This document shows positions 51,857-62,174 of a DNA stretch of 64,000 nucleotides, in pieces; position 1 is the stretch's first letter, and every line of letters starts with the position of its first letter. The stretch lies in the NCBI GenBank assembly GCA_964514565.1, contig CAZERA010000005.1:1-64000 (forward strand), given 5' to 3'. This DNA is from an uncultured Candidatus Peribacteria bacterium. Lineage in GTDB: Bacteria > Patescibacteriota > Gracilibacteria > RBG-16-42-10. The notes below the pieces were generated by a model that saw nothing but the letters and a program-made list of their open reading frames with translations, had not been told where the DNA came from and did no database searches. The position numbers were made by a program, and so were the translations under genes.

Positions 51857-52356
51857 TGGCTGATTCATATTCATTTGATGTCGTTTCTGAATACAATGAA
51901 CAGGAGCTGACCAATGCTCTTGACCAAGCAAGACGTGAATTTGCTACACGCTTTGATTTCAAGGGTATTTTTGTAGAGATTACCCATGAGAAAGATGAAA
52001 TTAAAATCACTACAGCAGACGAGTTCAAGCTCAATGCTGTAATTGAGGTACTGCAACAAAAATTGGTTAAAAGAAATATCTCCCTCAAGATTCTAGATCT
52101 CAGCAAAAAAATGGAGTCAGCTCAAAATGCGCAAGTCCGCAAAATAATTCCTTTGCACAAAGGGCTCAAGCAAGAGGTAGCAAAAAAGATTACTAGCTTA
52201 CTACGGGACAAGTTTCCTAAAGCTAAAGGACAAATCATGGGTGAAACTGTACGTGTAAACTCCAAGAGCAAAGATGAATTACAAGCCATCATGACCCTGC
52301 TCCATAGCCAAGAAGATACTTTAGAAACAGCCCTTCAATTCAATAACTATCGCTAA
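51856..52356 (+). CDS. yajQ: YajQ family nucleotide (c-di-GMP)-binding protein
   Basis: SFDVVSE, NALDQARRE..TRFDFKG, QIMGETVRV..KSKDELQ, LQFNNYR. Confidence 0.95.
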   Translation: MADSYSFDVVSEYNEQELTNALDQARREFATRFDFKGIFVEITHEKDEIKITTADEFKLNAVIEVLQQKLVKRNISLKILDLSKKMESAQNAQVRKIIPLHKGLKQEVAKKITSLLRDKFPKAKGQIMGETVRVNSKSKDELQAIMTLLHSQEDTLETALQFNNYR

Positions 52357-52357
52357 T

Positions 52358-52930
52358 ATGAAATTACAAGCTCTCGTTACCCTTTCCGTACTAGCAGTTA
52401 GTCTCACAGGTTGTGGTGAGACTGGAGGCATTGTAGCTACTACAGGACAAAACCTTGCTTGTCTGTCTGGCACATGGCAACAAAGCATGACTGATCTCCA
52501 AAACCAGTACAATCAACTGATGCCTGAAACGATTCACGCAACTGTAGTCTCTGGTACCAGTACATTTACTTTCAACGCTGATCACACTTTCAGTCAACAG
52601 CTCAACAACGTAAAAGTACAAAGCAATATCGCTGGCAATGGCCTCGATCCAAGCATTGGCAACAATATGACTATGGAGATTGGTATGAATGGTACAGTCA
52701 CCGGTCAATACAATACTGATGCAACTGGCGCTCTCTTTTTTGAAAATATGAATGCTCAAAACCTAGTAAGTAGTACTAGCATGAACGGCCAACCAATGAT
52801 GAACAACCAAAGCATGGGTATGTTACCAACAGGCACACGTTCTACAGTCGCTGCTACTTGTGCGGGCAGCGATATGACTCTCAATTATATTATTGGCAGC
52901 AAGACAGTGGCTTTACATCTTAGTCGTTAA
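52358..52930 (+). CDS. lipoprotein (beta-rich, lipocalin-like)
   Basis: Lipobox LTGC; CLSGTW...FTFNADHTF pattern. Confidence 0.75.
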   Translation: MKLQALVTLSVLAVSLTGCGETGGIVATTGQNLACLSGTWQQSMTDLQNQYNQLMPETIHATVVSGTSTFTFNADHTFSQQLNNVKVQSNIAGNGLDPSIGNNMTMEIGMNGTVTGQYNTDATGALFFENMNAQNLVSSTSMNGQPMMNNQSMGMLPTGTRSTVAATCAGSDMTLNYIIGSKTVALHLSR

Positions 52931-53061
52931 TTCCACATTGATGACGAGTGAATAACTAACAATGAATAGTGAAAAGTTTAGCGACTATCTGTTGTTATTA
53001 AACTATTAGTTACTCATCATTCATTATTAATTCGCGAGTTAGAATAAAAACTACCATCACA

Positions 53062-53103
53062 ACAAAAAAAGCTCTCTACCATTATAGTAGAAAGCTTTTT
53101 TGT
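53062..53103. terminator. bidirectional intrinsic terminator
   Basis: ACAAAAAAAGCT.TCTAC...GTAGA.AGCTTTTTTGT between convergent genes. Confidence 0.75.
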
Positions 53104-53117
53104 TACTGAACGAAAAA

Positions 53118-53516
53118 CTACTTAAGTTCCACAGTAGCTCCGACAGCCTCAAGTTTCTTCTTGAGTTCTTCACCTTCTTCAGGTTTAACATTTTCTTTAA
53201 CTGTCTTTGGAGCAGCATCAACCATTCCTTTAGCCTCAGCAAGACCGAGACCAGTAATCTCACGGATAGCTTTGATTACGTTGATTTTTTGTGCACCAGC
53301 TGAAGTAAGAACTACATTAACTGTACTCTTCTCTTCACCACCAGCAGCACCCGCAGCAGCAGCTCCAGGAGCAGCAGCCATCATCATAGGAGCAGAAGCA
53401 CTAACACCAAACTTCTCTTCCATAACCTTAACTAAATCTGCCAACTCGACGATAGAGAGTTTCTCTACCAAATCAAGAATTTTTTGTGCATCAGCACCTA
53501 AAGTAACATCTGACAT
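53118..53516 (-). CDS. rplL: 50S ribosomal protein L7/L12
   Basis: [29 protein letters not shown]. Confidence 0.98.
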   Translation of the reverse strand: MSDVTLGADAQKILDLVEKLSIVELADLVKVMEEKFGVSASAPMMMAAAPGAAAAGAAGGEEKSTVNVVLTSAGAQKINVIKAIREITGLGLAEAKGMVDAAPKTVKENVKPEEGEELKKKLEAVGATVELK

Positions 53517-53544
53517 AGAATAAAATTAAATATTGAGTAAATAA

Positions 53545-54072
53545 TTAGGCTGGCTTCTTTTCAGAATAGGCCTGGAGCACACGAACGAAACCAGAAACAG
53601 GGCTCTGGAGAGATCCGACAAAACGACGTAAAGGTGAGAGCATAGTACCAACCAATTGGGACAAGAGCTCTTCGCGACTTGGCAAACTAGCTAATGTATT
53701 GATTACAGCACCAGAAACCATCTTGTTCTCAATGATACCAGCGACAATTTTCAGTTTATCAAATTGCTTTGTTTGTGCCTTGATCATCTTTGCCAAAGAA
53801 ACTTCATCGGTATAACCAAACACCACACCGATAGAACCTTCCAAGACAGAGTCATCGAAGCTATCTACTTTGGCATTTTGGGCCATGAGACGCATCAAGG
53901 TCTTCTTAGCAACTTGGTAATCTACACCGCTAGTTTTGAGAAACTTACGTAATTTTACCGTATCAGCTACAGTCATTCCCTGAAAATTGACGAAAACAGA
54001 GGCTTTGCTCTTCTGGAAATTTCCTTCGAGCTTGGCCAATATCTCCGACTTTTTTGCTTTGGAAACAGCCAT
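53545..54072 (-). CDS. rplJ: 50S ribosomal protein L10
   Basis: MAVSKAKK, VAKKTL, LASLPSREELL. Confidence 0.97.
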   Translation of the reverse strand: MAVSKAKKSEILAKLEGNFQKSKASVFVNFQGMTVADTVKLRKFLKTSGVDYQVAKKTLMRLMAQNAKVDSFDDSVLEGSIGVVFGYTDEVSLAKMIKAQTKQFDKLKIVAGIIENKMVSGAVINTLASLPSREELLSQLVGTMLSPLRRFVGSLQSPVSGFVRVLQAYSEKKPA

Positions 54073-54084
54073 AAAAGGGTAAAT

Positions 54085-54218
54085 AAAAAAAGAAACTTTG
54101 TATCGGAGAGACACAAAGCAGTAATTGTTTGGAGAAAAACGATTCTGAATGTATGTCTCAGCGGGACTTATTGTTTGGTGAAGACCAAAGTAGCCTGCTA
54201 TCTACGACATACTCAGGC
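54085..54218 (-). ncRNA. L10 leader (autoregulatory cis element)
   Basis: Minus strand GTCGTAGATAGCAGG...AATAAGTCCCGCTGAGAC resembles the L10-leader core; a downstream CTTTGT...ACAAAG hairpin; sits directly upstream of rplJ. Confidence 0.8.
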
Positions 54219-54329
54219 TAGCAAAGAATAGGATCGCATGTCAAATGCACTAGGCGTGACACGGAGTGCTCAGTAAAAGTTTTAGACAAATCAACCAATT
54301 GGTGTCATAATATATATCAGATAATCCAC

Positions 54330-55475
54330 ATGGATCACATGGGAAAATTAATACATGCCAGCTTTGGCCAAGCCCGGAAAGCAAAACCAGCTGAAGAACA
54401 TAGCGAAGAAATCAAAAAATCCCAGGGTGTATTGGTAGACTTTCTAGAAACACGCACGAATCAGCCAAATGATGAAAGGGCTAGAGTTCGAGCTACTTTT
54501 GGTACCATATTAGCTGCATATGCTCCTCCAGTAAAAGCGCCAACCTTATCAAGCCTCCGTACCAACTTGAACAGACGGATATGCTTGGCTATAGCCCAGA
54601 GCCCAATTGATAGTGGCGAATTACAAATCAAATCTGACACACTACATCACAGTAATAGTCTTGCAGAAAAAGTAAAAAGTTTACGCGGTATTCGAGATCG
54701 ATACAATCAAGCTTTGTTAGCTTGTATTAGTAGTGCCAATCATTTTAGTAGTGGACGGACAACATCTAAGAGTGCCGAGGCTATCTCTGCTCAATGGGAT
54801 GCTACTTGTACAGCAATTCTTGATTCACAACAATATCAAAGAGTACACAAATATCTTGGCGAAGAAATAGATCGGACGATGTTTGATATCTTGATCAGTA
54901 AAGACGCGGTAAACGTGATTGAAGATGCCCACACGATGATGACATTATTGAAGCATGTTAAAGCGCTCCCCCGTTCTCAAGACAATGAGCATGACTCGGT
55001 AATTAAACATGCTGACGTTGCGGCTCAAGCTATCTTAAAAAGATTACAGCTAACCCTACTTAGTCGTGATCAGACCAGCATACGAGATCGAAAGCACAGC
55101 AAACAAGAAATCAACCGAGTAATCCAATTACTCAATGGCGTATTAAAAGACACATTTAGCACTACAGTAATCCTTACAGATTTTCAAAATGACACAAGAG
55201 CAAGCTCTGCTAGTAAAACTATCGAGACAGAACTTGCCCAGCAGCAACCAATGGACATTGAAGAGATATTAGCGATACTCGCTTCTATTACAGACCAGAT
55301 TGAAAAAGAATACCTAGTAGCTACTCCACTCTATCAAAAATTACTTACCTGGCCACATGAGACCAGCCAAGCTTTAATTGATTATCTTGGCGCCAAAGGC
55401 CTGATCACTACGGCGACCAGAGCCAAACTACTTGTTCAATTAGAACAGCCACCAAAAAAGAAAAAACGCGGCTAA
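54330..55475 (+). CDS. hypothetical helical protein with basic C-terminus
   Basis: 381-aa ORF; upstream TAGACA-N17-CATAAT; ends PPKKKKRG. Confidence 0.75.
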   Translation: MDHMGKLIHASFGQARKAKPAEEHSEEIKKSQGVLVDFLETRTNQPNDERARVRATFGTILAAYAPPVKAPTLSSLRTNLNRRICLAIAQSPIDSGELQIKSDTLHHSNSLAEKVKSLRGIRDRYNQALLACISSANHFSSGRTTSKSAEAISAQWDATCTAILDSQQYQRVHKYLGEEIDRTMFDILISKDAVNVIEDAHTMMTLLKHVKALPRSQDNEHDSVIKHADVAAQAILKRLQLTLLSRDQTSIRDRKHSKQEINRVIQLLNGVLKDTFSTTVILTDFQNDTRASSASKTIETELAQQQPMDIEEILAILASITDQIEKEYLVATPLYQKLLTWPHETSQALIDYLGAKGLITTATRAKLLVQLEQPPKKKKRG

Positions 55476-55478
55476 AGA

Positions 55479-57278
55479 CTAACGCTGTGAACGTTTACGT
55501 GCATTAGGATCTAGTACCATCTTGCGAATACGAATATTGTCTGGGGTGATTTCTACCAGCTCATCTTCACCAATATATTCGAGTGCCTGTTCTAGATTCA
55601 TAATACGAGCTGGAGTCAAAATAACATTTTCATCACTACCAGATGCACGCATATTAGTCAGTTTCTTTTCGCGACATGCATTTACTTCGATATCCAAGTT
55701 CTTAGCACTTTGTCCAATGACCATACCAGCATATACCTGGTAATTAGCACCAATAAAGAGCTCACCACGTTCTTGAATAGCAAACAAAGCATAAGGACGA
55801 GTCTCACCAGTCTCAAATGAAATAAGTGAACCATGAGGCTGTGATTGGATGTCACCAGCAAAAGGACGATAGCCGAGCAAAATACTATTCATAATACCTT
55901 GTCCTTTGGTATCAGTAAGGAATTCACTTCGATAACCGATAAATCCACGAGTAGGAATGACGAAAACCATAATATTACGGTCGCCTTCCATTTGCATATC
56001 AGTCATCTCAGCCTTACGTTTACCCATTTTTTCAATCACAGTACCAGCAAATTCTTTTGGTACTTCACAAGTCAGCTCTTCGTATGGTTCCATTTTTTTA
56101 CCACCTTCTTCTTTGAAAATAACTTCAGGTTTAGCTACTTGCAATTCAAACCCTTCACGACGCATTGTCTCCAGCAAAATAGACAAATGCAGCTCACCAC
56201 GACCAGAGACAATCCATTGATCAGCTGAATTGCTATCTTCTACACGAAGAGCCATATCAGTCATCAACTCACGATAGAGACGTTCACGAATTTGACGAGT
56301 AGTTACAAAGTCACCTTCTTTACCAGCAAAAGGGCTAGTATTGACTGAAAATACCATCTTCACAGTTGGTTCCTCTACAGCAATGATTGGCAATGCCTCA
56401 GGTTGATCTTTATCAGCGATAGTGTCACCAATCTTGAGATTATCAAGACCAGCCACTACCACAATATCCCCAGCCATTACTTCTTCAGCACCTTGCATAG
56501 CCATACCTTCGTAAACCAAAAGTTCGGCAATCTTTGCTTTCTTTTGTGTACCGTCCCGCATCATATGCAAAACATCTTGGCCTTTCTTGAGCTTACCACG
56601 GTAAATCTTACAGATACCCAGTTGACCTTTGTAATTATCATATTTCAAAGCAAACACTAAAGCTTGCAATGGCCCTTCCATATCACGAGTCCCTTCTTTT
56701 ACATTAACTAAAATAGTATCTAGTAGTGGCATGATATCAGTCATACTAGCCAGATCAGCAGTCATACCTGCTTTACCAAGTGCTCCTGCGGCATAAACAA
56801 CTGGGAAATCTGCTTGTTCGTCTGTAGCTCCAAGCTCAATAAACAAATCAAAAGTTTTATTGAGTACCCAATCGATACGCACATCTTTTTTATCGATTTT
56901 GTTGATGACTACAATAACACGATGACCAAGAGCCAATGACTTCTTCAATACGAAACGGGTCTGTGGCATAGGACCTTCCTTTGCATCAACAAGTAATAGT
57001 GATGCATCAACCATACGCAATGTACGTTCTACTTCTCCACCGAAATCAGCATGGCCAGGAGTATCTACTAAATTGATTTTCTCACCTTTGTAACGGAATG
57101 AAGCATTCTTAGCAAAGATGGTAATACCACGTTCTCTTTCCAAATCATTGGAATCCATCATCTGTTTTTGTTCTTCACCAGATTTTTCTTTGATGGCTGA
57201 AGTTTGCTTCAACAAGGCATCTACCAAGGTAGTCTTGCCATGATCCACGTGGGCAATAACGGCTATATTTCGGAGCAT
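55479..57278 (-). CDS. typA: translational GTPase TypA/BipA
   Basis: [54 protein letters not shown]. Confidence 0.98.
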   Translation of the reverse strand: MLRNIAVIAHVDHGKTTLVDALLKQTSAIKEKSGEEQKQMMDSNDLERERGITIFAKNASFRYKGEKINLVDTPGHADFGGEVERTLRMVDASLLLVDAKEGPMPQTRFVLKKSLALGHRVIVVINKIDKKDVRIDWVLNKTFDLFIELGATDEQADFPVVYAAGALGKAGMTADLASMTDIMPLLDTILVNVKEGTRDMEGPLQALVFALKYDNYKGQLGICKIYRGKLKKGQDVLHMMRDGTQKKAKIAELLVYEGMAMQGAEEVMAGDIVVVAGLDNLKIGDTIADKDQPEALPIIAVEEPTVKMVFSVNTSPFAGKEGDFVTTRQIRERLYRELMTDMALRVEDSNSADQWIVSGRGELHLSILLETMRREGFELQVAKPEVIFKEEGGKKMEPYEELTCEVPKEFAGTVIEKMGKRKAEMTDMQMEGDRNIMVFVIPTRGFIGYRSEFLTDTKGQGIMNSILLGYRPFAGDIQSQPHGSLISFETGETRPYALFAIQERGELFIGANYQVYAGMVIGQSAKNLDIEVNACREKKLTNMRASGSDENVILTPARIMNLEQALEYIGEDELVEITPDNIRIRKMVLDPNARKRSQR

Positions 57279-57338
57279 AATAGAAACAATAATGAATTTT
57301 CGCCCTGCCAACCTAAACGATTTATGGCTTTTTGTAAA

Positions 57339-57953
57339 TCACAATACCGTATTTGGTTTCGAACCAATTCGAAATATTGTCTCATTTTTCTCCATATGAA
57401 CAGTAACTAATCGTTCTACGCCAACACTATCAGTATCATCAGGGCCAGAAATATATTCACACGTACAGACTCCAGCATCATTAAAACCAACAATGCGTTG
57501 ATATCCAACTTTCTTTTCTTTTTCAGCTTTACTGACGTACGCTAAAGCAATAGCCCATCTTTTTTGACGAACTATTGCTGACATCATCGATTGTGCTGAC
57601 TGAAAAAGTGCACGCAATAGCTCGCCTTGTAATCCTTGACTACGTAAAAGCGCGATATCATCAACTTCCAATAAGGACTCAAGCAGCCCTGGCAACACAG
57701 ATCCCGCAGGCAACTTAAAATCTGGCTCAGGACTAGGGTACTCCAACTGAGGAGACTTGAGGGTAGTAAAATATCGTACCAATAAACGGTATTGATTCAT
57801 CATCACACGTACAGTCGAGATCAAATCCAACTGAAGTATCACTAATAGCTCAGACTGAACAATGGCCGGCTGACAAGCCACAAAAGCCCTAGTCTGTGGT
57901 GAAACACATTCCTGAAAAAATTGATCAATACGTTCGTCCACAATCTTTGGCAT
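57339..57953 (-). CDS. hypothetical protein (start MPKIVD)
   Basis: ORF of ~204 aa upstream of typA; no motif. Confidence 0.65.
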   Translation of the reverse strand: MPKIVDERIDQFFQECVSPQTRAFVACQPAIVQSELLVILQLDLISTVRVMMNQYRLLVRYFTTLKSPQLEYPSPEPDFKLPAGSVLPGLLESLLEVDDIALLRSQGLQGELLRALFQSAQSMMSAIVRQKRWAIALAYVSKAEKEKKVGYQRIVGFNDAGVCTCEYISGPDDTDSVGVERLVTVHMEKNETIFRIGSKPNTVL

Positions 57954-58097
57954 GATTGAATAAAGAGAATTGATTCTAAAAGAACCACTATCATTGTCAA
58001 TCAGGTAAATTTCACAACTGAACATTTATAGTTACAACAGGGGTGGGATGTCCCCCCGGGTGGGAGGGTGGTATCTTGAGAGAGCTGAAAAGATCAT

Positions 58098-59441
58098 ATG
58101 CAAATAGCTACCGAACGACTCCGCCTTCTCAACGATCACAATTATCAAGCTGGTCCAATTGTTTACTGGATGAGTAGAGACCAAAGAGTGCAAGACAACT
58201 GGGCCTTACTCTATGCTCAGTATTTAGCCAACACCTACAAACAGCCATTAATAGTCATCTTCAACCTAGTACCTACTTTCCAGGAAGCGACATGGAGACA
58301 GTACAGCTTTATGTTTGAGGGGCTGCAAGAGGTAGAAGCGGAGCTGAAGGCATTGAACATCCCCTTTCACTTACTGCTAGGCATTCCTGGCGAGACTATT
58401 CCTCAGTTTATAAAAAACTACCAAGTAGGAGTACTAGTAAGTGACTTTTCTCCCTTGCGTATTTATAAGCACTGGAAAGCTGAGATCAATAAGAAAATTA
58501 CTATTCCATTTTATGAAGTAGATACCCACAATATCGTCCCTTGCTGGCATGCCTCACCCAAACAAGAATTTGGCGCTTATACATTGCGTCCAAAACTGAA
58601 TCGATTGCTTGATAATTTCCTCACAGAGATTCCTTCAATCCTGCCACATAGTTATAACACTTCTGCTACGAACAATGTTGATTGGGCGCAAGCAAAAGCA
58701 AGCTTACAGATCAACACGGAAGTACAGCCAGTTGATTGGTGCATACCTGGGGCAAAAGCAGGTAAATTACAATTAGCTAAATTCATAGAAGAAAAACTAA
58801 GTTTGTATGACACAGGCCGCAATGATCCGAACCAACAAGCACAATCCGACCTTTCTCCTTATTTACACTTTGGCCAGTTGTCAGCTCAATACGTCGCCTG
58901 GACCATTAAGGCTAGCGATTTCCCCGAAGAAACAAAAGCAGCATTTTTAGAAGAACTCATAGTTCGTCGCGAATTAGCAGATAATTTTTGTTTTTATAAT
59001 GCCAATTACGACTCATTCTCTGGATTTCCCGCTTGGGCGCAGCTCACCTTGAACGAACACAGAGCTGATCCACGCCCCCACATCTATTCTTTATCACAGT
59101 TTGAATCAGCCCAAACCCATGATCCATTATGGAACGCCGCCCAGCGACAAATGGTTAGGACCGGTAAGATGCATGGTTTTATGCGGATGTATTGGGCAAA
59201 AAAGATATTGGAGTGGACCGCTTCCCCCGAAGAAGCACAAGCAATAGCGATCAAGCTCAATGATATCTATGAGCTAGATGGTCGAGACCCCAGCGGGTAT
59301 GTAGGCATTGCCTGGTCTATCGGTGGGGTCCATGACCGCGCTTGGTTTTCAAAACCAGTATTTGGCAAAGTACGCTATATGAACGCCAATGGATGTGCTA
59401 GGAAATTCAATGTCCAACAATATATTGATCAATATGCTTAG
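58098..59441 (+). CDS. phrB: class II CPD DNA photolyase
   Basis: YWMSRDQRVQDNWAL, SDLSPYLHFGQLS, GKMHGFMRMYWAKKILEW, YELDGRDP, GGVHDRAW. Confidence 0.95.
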   Translation: MQIATERLRLLNDHNYQAGPIVYWMSRDQRVQDNWALLYAQYLANTYKQPLIVIFNLVPTFQEATWRQYSFMFEGLQEVEAELKALNIPFHLLLGIPGETIPQFIKNYQVGVLVSDFSPLRIYKHWKAEINKKITIPFYEVDTHNIVPCWHASPKQEFGAYTLRPKLNRLLDNFLTEIPSILPHSYNTSATNNVDWAQAKASLQINTEVQPVDWCIPGAKAGKLQLAKFIEEKLSLYDTGRNDPNQQAQSDLSPYLHFGQLSAQYVAWTIKASDFPEETKAAFLEELIVRRELADNFCFYNANYDSFSGFPAWAQLTLNEHRADPRPHIYSLSQFESAQTHDPLWNAAQRQMVRTGKMHGFMRMYWAKKILEWTASPEEAQAIAIKLNDIYELDGRDPSGYVGIAWSIGGVHDRAWFSKPVFGKVRYMNANGCARKFNVQQYIDQYA

Positions 59442-59500
59442 CTAGTTACGCTCAGATCAATTTCATGCTAATAATAAATAGCTTTTGAACTTCCCCAATT

Positions 59501-60145
59501 GTGAATATATTTTTACAGATTACCCAGTGGCTTGAAGCTCTAGTAGATAAGGTACCGCTCCCTCTTTTTGTGGGATTAGGTGCTTTTCTAGAAGAGGTCA
59601 TTGCTCCTATTCCCTCCCCTTCTTTATTGACCCTAGCTGGATCAGTGGCAGTAAGCAAAGGACTCACTTTCCCTGACTTGCTTTTCTTAGCTGTACTTGG
59701 TGCGCTCGGAAAAGCGTTGGGAGGTTGGGTATTATATTATTTAGGTGATGTAGCTGAAGATGTTATTTTGAAAAAGTGGGGCAAGTTTTTTGGTGTATCA
59801 CACACCCATGTAGAAAATTTTGGTAAGAAATTCCACAAAGGCCATTGGGATATCTGGGTACTGACAGCTATTCGAGCCTTGCCAATCATTCCCAGTGCGC
59901 CAGTCTCTATTGCCTGCGGCATTATCAAACTAGACATCAAGGTCTATCTGCTAGGTACATTCTTGGGCAATATACCCCGCAATTTGATCTTCATGTACTT
60001 AGGATATAGCGGCGTAAAGATCTTTACCAATTTAGTAGACAATTTAGACAAAACAGAATCGCTGGTGCAAATAGCAATTTTCGCCTTTGTACTGGCATTG
60101 ATTATTTGGAGTTATTGGAAGAGAAGTAAGAGCAAAACAAAGTAG
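59501..60145 (+). CDS. DedA/VTT family membrane protein
   Basis: LEEVIAPIPS, LGALGKALGGWVLYYLG, RALPII; GTG start. Confidence 0.88.
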   Translation: MNIFLQITQWLEALVDKVPLPLFVGLGAFLEEVIAPIPSPSLLTLAGSVAVSKGLTFPDLLFLAVLGALGKALGGWVLYYLGDVAEDVILKKWGKFFGVSHTHVENFGKKFHKGHWDIWVLTAIRALPIIPSAPVSIACGIIKLDIKVYLLGTFLGNIPRNLIFMYLGYSGVKIFTNLVDNLDKTESLVQIAIFAFVLALIIWSYWKRSKSKTK

Positions 60146-60191
60146 CCTTTACTTTGTCGATGGTCTTTCGTAGAATGCCCCTGTTTTTTGA

Positions 60192-60266
60192 GGCCTCATC
60201 GTCTAACGGTTAGGACATCGCCTTCTCAAGGCGTAAATCGGGGTTCGATTCCCCGTGGGGCTACCA
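60192..60266 (+). tRNA. tRNA-Glu(CTC)
   Basis: GGCCTCA/TGGGGCT acceptor, CGCC-TTCTCAA-GGCG anticodon arm, GGTTCGATTCC, ACCA; upstream TTTACT-N17-TAGAAT. Confidence 0.95.
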
Positions 60267-60382
60267 ACGAACGATCATTCAACGCTTAGTAAGCTAATGA
60301 TTAGGATTCAGTCTTGTTGCATATAAACAAGGCTTATTTTTGATCGTTCGAAGGATGAGAATGAGGATAAGATTAGTTTTGG

Positions 60383-61033
60383 CTAATTTATTTGTTTCTT
60401 TACTCGAATTTCTTGCTTAATCTTATCTACATCGACCCCGTTTTTACGCATTAGTACTTCAGTACGTGTTTTTATTTCTGCATTCATTGCTTGCAAGAAT
60501 TGATCATGAGCACAGTGTGGATCTGATTTCGTAAAAGCCAATGAATGATAAACTTCATCCCAATAGCTAATATCTCCGTATAAAATCGCCTGATAGTTAG
60601 CCTCCATACAATCAATTGCCTTGGCTACTTTTGCTTCCGATGACTGTCTTTCTTCAAATTCATTCCATAAGCCATATATTTCTTCACCGCCCTCATCACC
60701 TAACATTGCTTTGATTTTAACAATCTCAGCACGCTCCATCTCTCGTTTTTTCTGTTTCAATTCAGGATGTAGTAGCGCAGTAGAATAAGGTATATCTCCC
60801 ACCTCAGCCTCTACGATATCATGGACAAGAAGCATCTTCAGCACACGCAAACCATCAACTTGATGTTCTAGATGTGGCTGCATCAGCATAAACATTACAG
60901 CAAGCTGCCAAGAATGAGCAGCAACACTCTCTTTTTCACCATTGGACAAAGTATTATCACGTTTTTGGCATTTTAGTTTCTCTGAAAAACGCAGGAAGTC
61001 TAGGATTGTAGCTACTTTTGATGCGTCAGACAT
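60383..61033 (-). CDS. HD-domain hydrolase (YfbR/HDDC2-like)
   Basis: LKCQKR, ESVAAHSW, LLVHDIVEAEVGD, LWNEFE, AKAID. Confidence 0.92.
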   Translation of the reverse strand: MSDASKVATILDFLRFSEKLKCQKRDNTLSNGEKESVAAHSWQLAVMFMLMQPHLEHQVDGLRVLKMLLVHDIVEAEVGDIPYSTALLHPELKQKKREMERAEIVKIKAMLGDEGGEEIYGLWNEFEERQSSEAKVAKAIDCMEANYQAILYGDISYWDEVYHSLAFTKSDPHCAHDQFLQAMNAEIKTRTEVLMRKNGVDVDKIKQEIRVKKQIN

Positions 61034-61040
61034 ATAGCAA

Positions 61041-62114
61041 TTACAGGAGTTTAAATGTCTTGATAATTTGTTTTGATTCACGGTAGATAGCATCCCATCT
61101 TGCATCCTCAGCACCAGGATAGTCAGAGTAATCACCACTACTAGAGTAAAAGAAAGCATACGTCGCATTCTTTTTCACCATTGTCATAGGCGCATCAGTA
61201 ATAGCAGGATCTTCTTGTGAGTTGAGCGGTACAGCATAAAGCGTAATCACTCGGTCCGCTCCATTGGCAGCTACAAAGCTCCATACTGATTTCACTGGCA
61301 TTGTTTCTTTATAAGTAGCTGTCACATCAGTTACTTTTGGCATTCCCCAGCTTCCAAAATCCATTGAGAAACCATATTCACTATTAGTATAGAGCGCTTG
61401 GGGAGAAGACTCAGAACTGGTAGTTGCAGATGGCGATGAAGTCATTAAGCTGCTTTGCATATTTAAACTTGGCGCAATAGCATCTTTCACTTTCTGACAA
61501 CCATTGGGCAGACCACTACCATCACTGTATCCACTGCCACAGCTAGAAACAAATAACAAATATGAAGGACTTACTTTGTATGGATAACGGCCAGCACCTG
61601 CTTCACAGATATCGAAGTCATGTTTGAAGTCAGCCTCTGATCCATAATTAAGTTTATTGGGCATAGCTGTAATCACCAACTCATTTGGACTTTGTGATGC
61701 ACCAATGAATACAAAGTGATATTCATTGGCTACGTCCGTTGGTGCAAAGGTCTTTAAGACTGTAGCAAAATGCTCTTTTGTTAGATTGTTACCACAGGAA
61801 GCAGATGCACTAACCATGTCATCCAAGGCAAATCCTTGTCTTACTAGAAATGTAGTTTTAGTAGGACTCTTAACAACATCTGATTGATCAAAACTAAATT
61901 CTGGAATCACCATAGTCGTAGATGTAGCTGTTGGTGATGTCGTACTCATTGATGCAGTTGGAGTCGAGGTAGGCAGATCAGTTGACATCAAGGTAGGTTG
62001 CGCACTAATAGTTGGCACCGGTGTGTCATTGATTACTGGTGCAGGAGGTGTACCACAAGCTGACAGAGCAACACAGACCAAACCGAGTCCCCAACTTTTT
62101 AAATTATTTTTCAT
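61041..62114 (-). CDS. lipoprotein with Pro/Thr/Ser linkers
   Basis: MKNNLKSWGLGLVCVALSAC lipobox; Cys-containing domain; C-terminal YTNSEYGFSMDF...IIKTFK (PsbP-like). Confidence 0.8.
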   Translation of the reverse strand: MKNNLKSWGLGLVCVALSACGTPPAPVINDTPVPTISAQPTLMSTDLPTSTPTASMSTTSPTATSTTMVIPEFSFDQSDVVKSPTKTTFLVRQGFALDDMVSASASCGNNLTKEHFATVLKTFAPTDVANEYHFVFIGASQSPNELVITAMPNKLNYGSEADFKHDFDICEAGAGRYPYKVSPSYLLFVSSCGSGYSDGSGLPNGCQKVKDAIAPSLNMQSSLMTSSPSATTSSESSPQALYTNSEYGFSMDFGSWGMPKVTDVTATYKETMPVKSVWSFVAANGADRVITLYAVPLNSQEDPAITDAPMTMVKKNATYAFFYSSSGDYSDYPGAEDARWDAIYRESKQIIKTFKLL

Positions 62115-62174
62115 AATAAAATAGATAAACAGGTAAGTTATAGTTAATCCCTGCCAAATGCACAAGAAAAAGCG

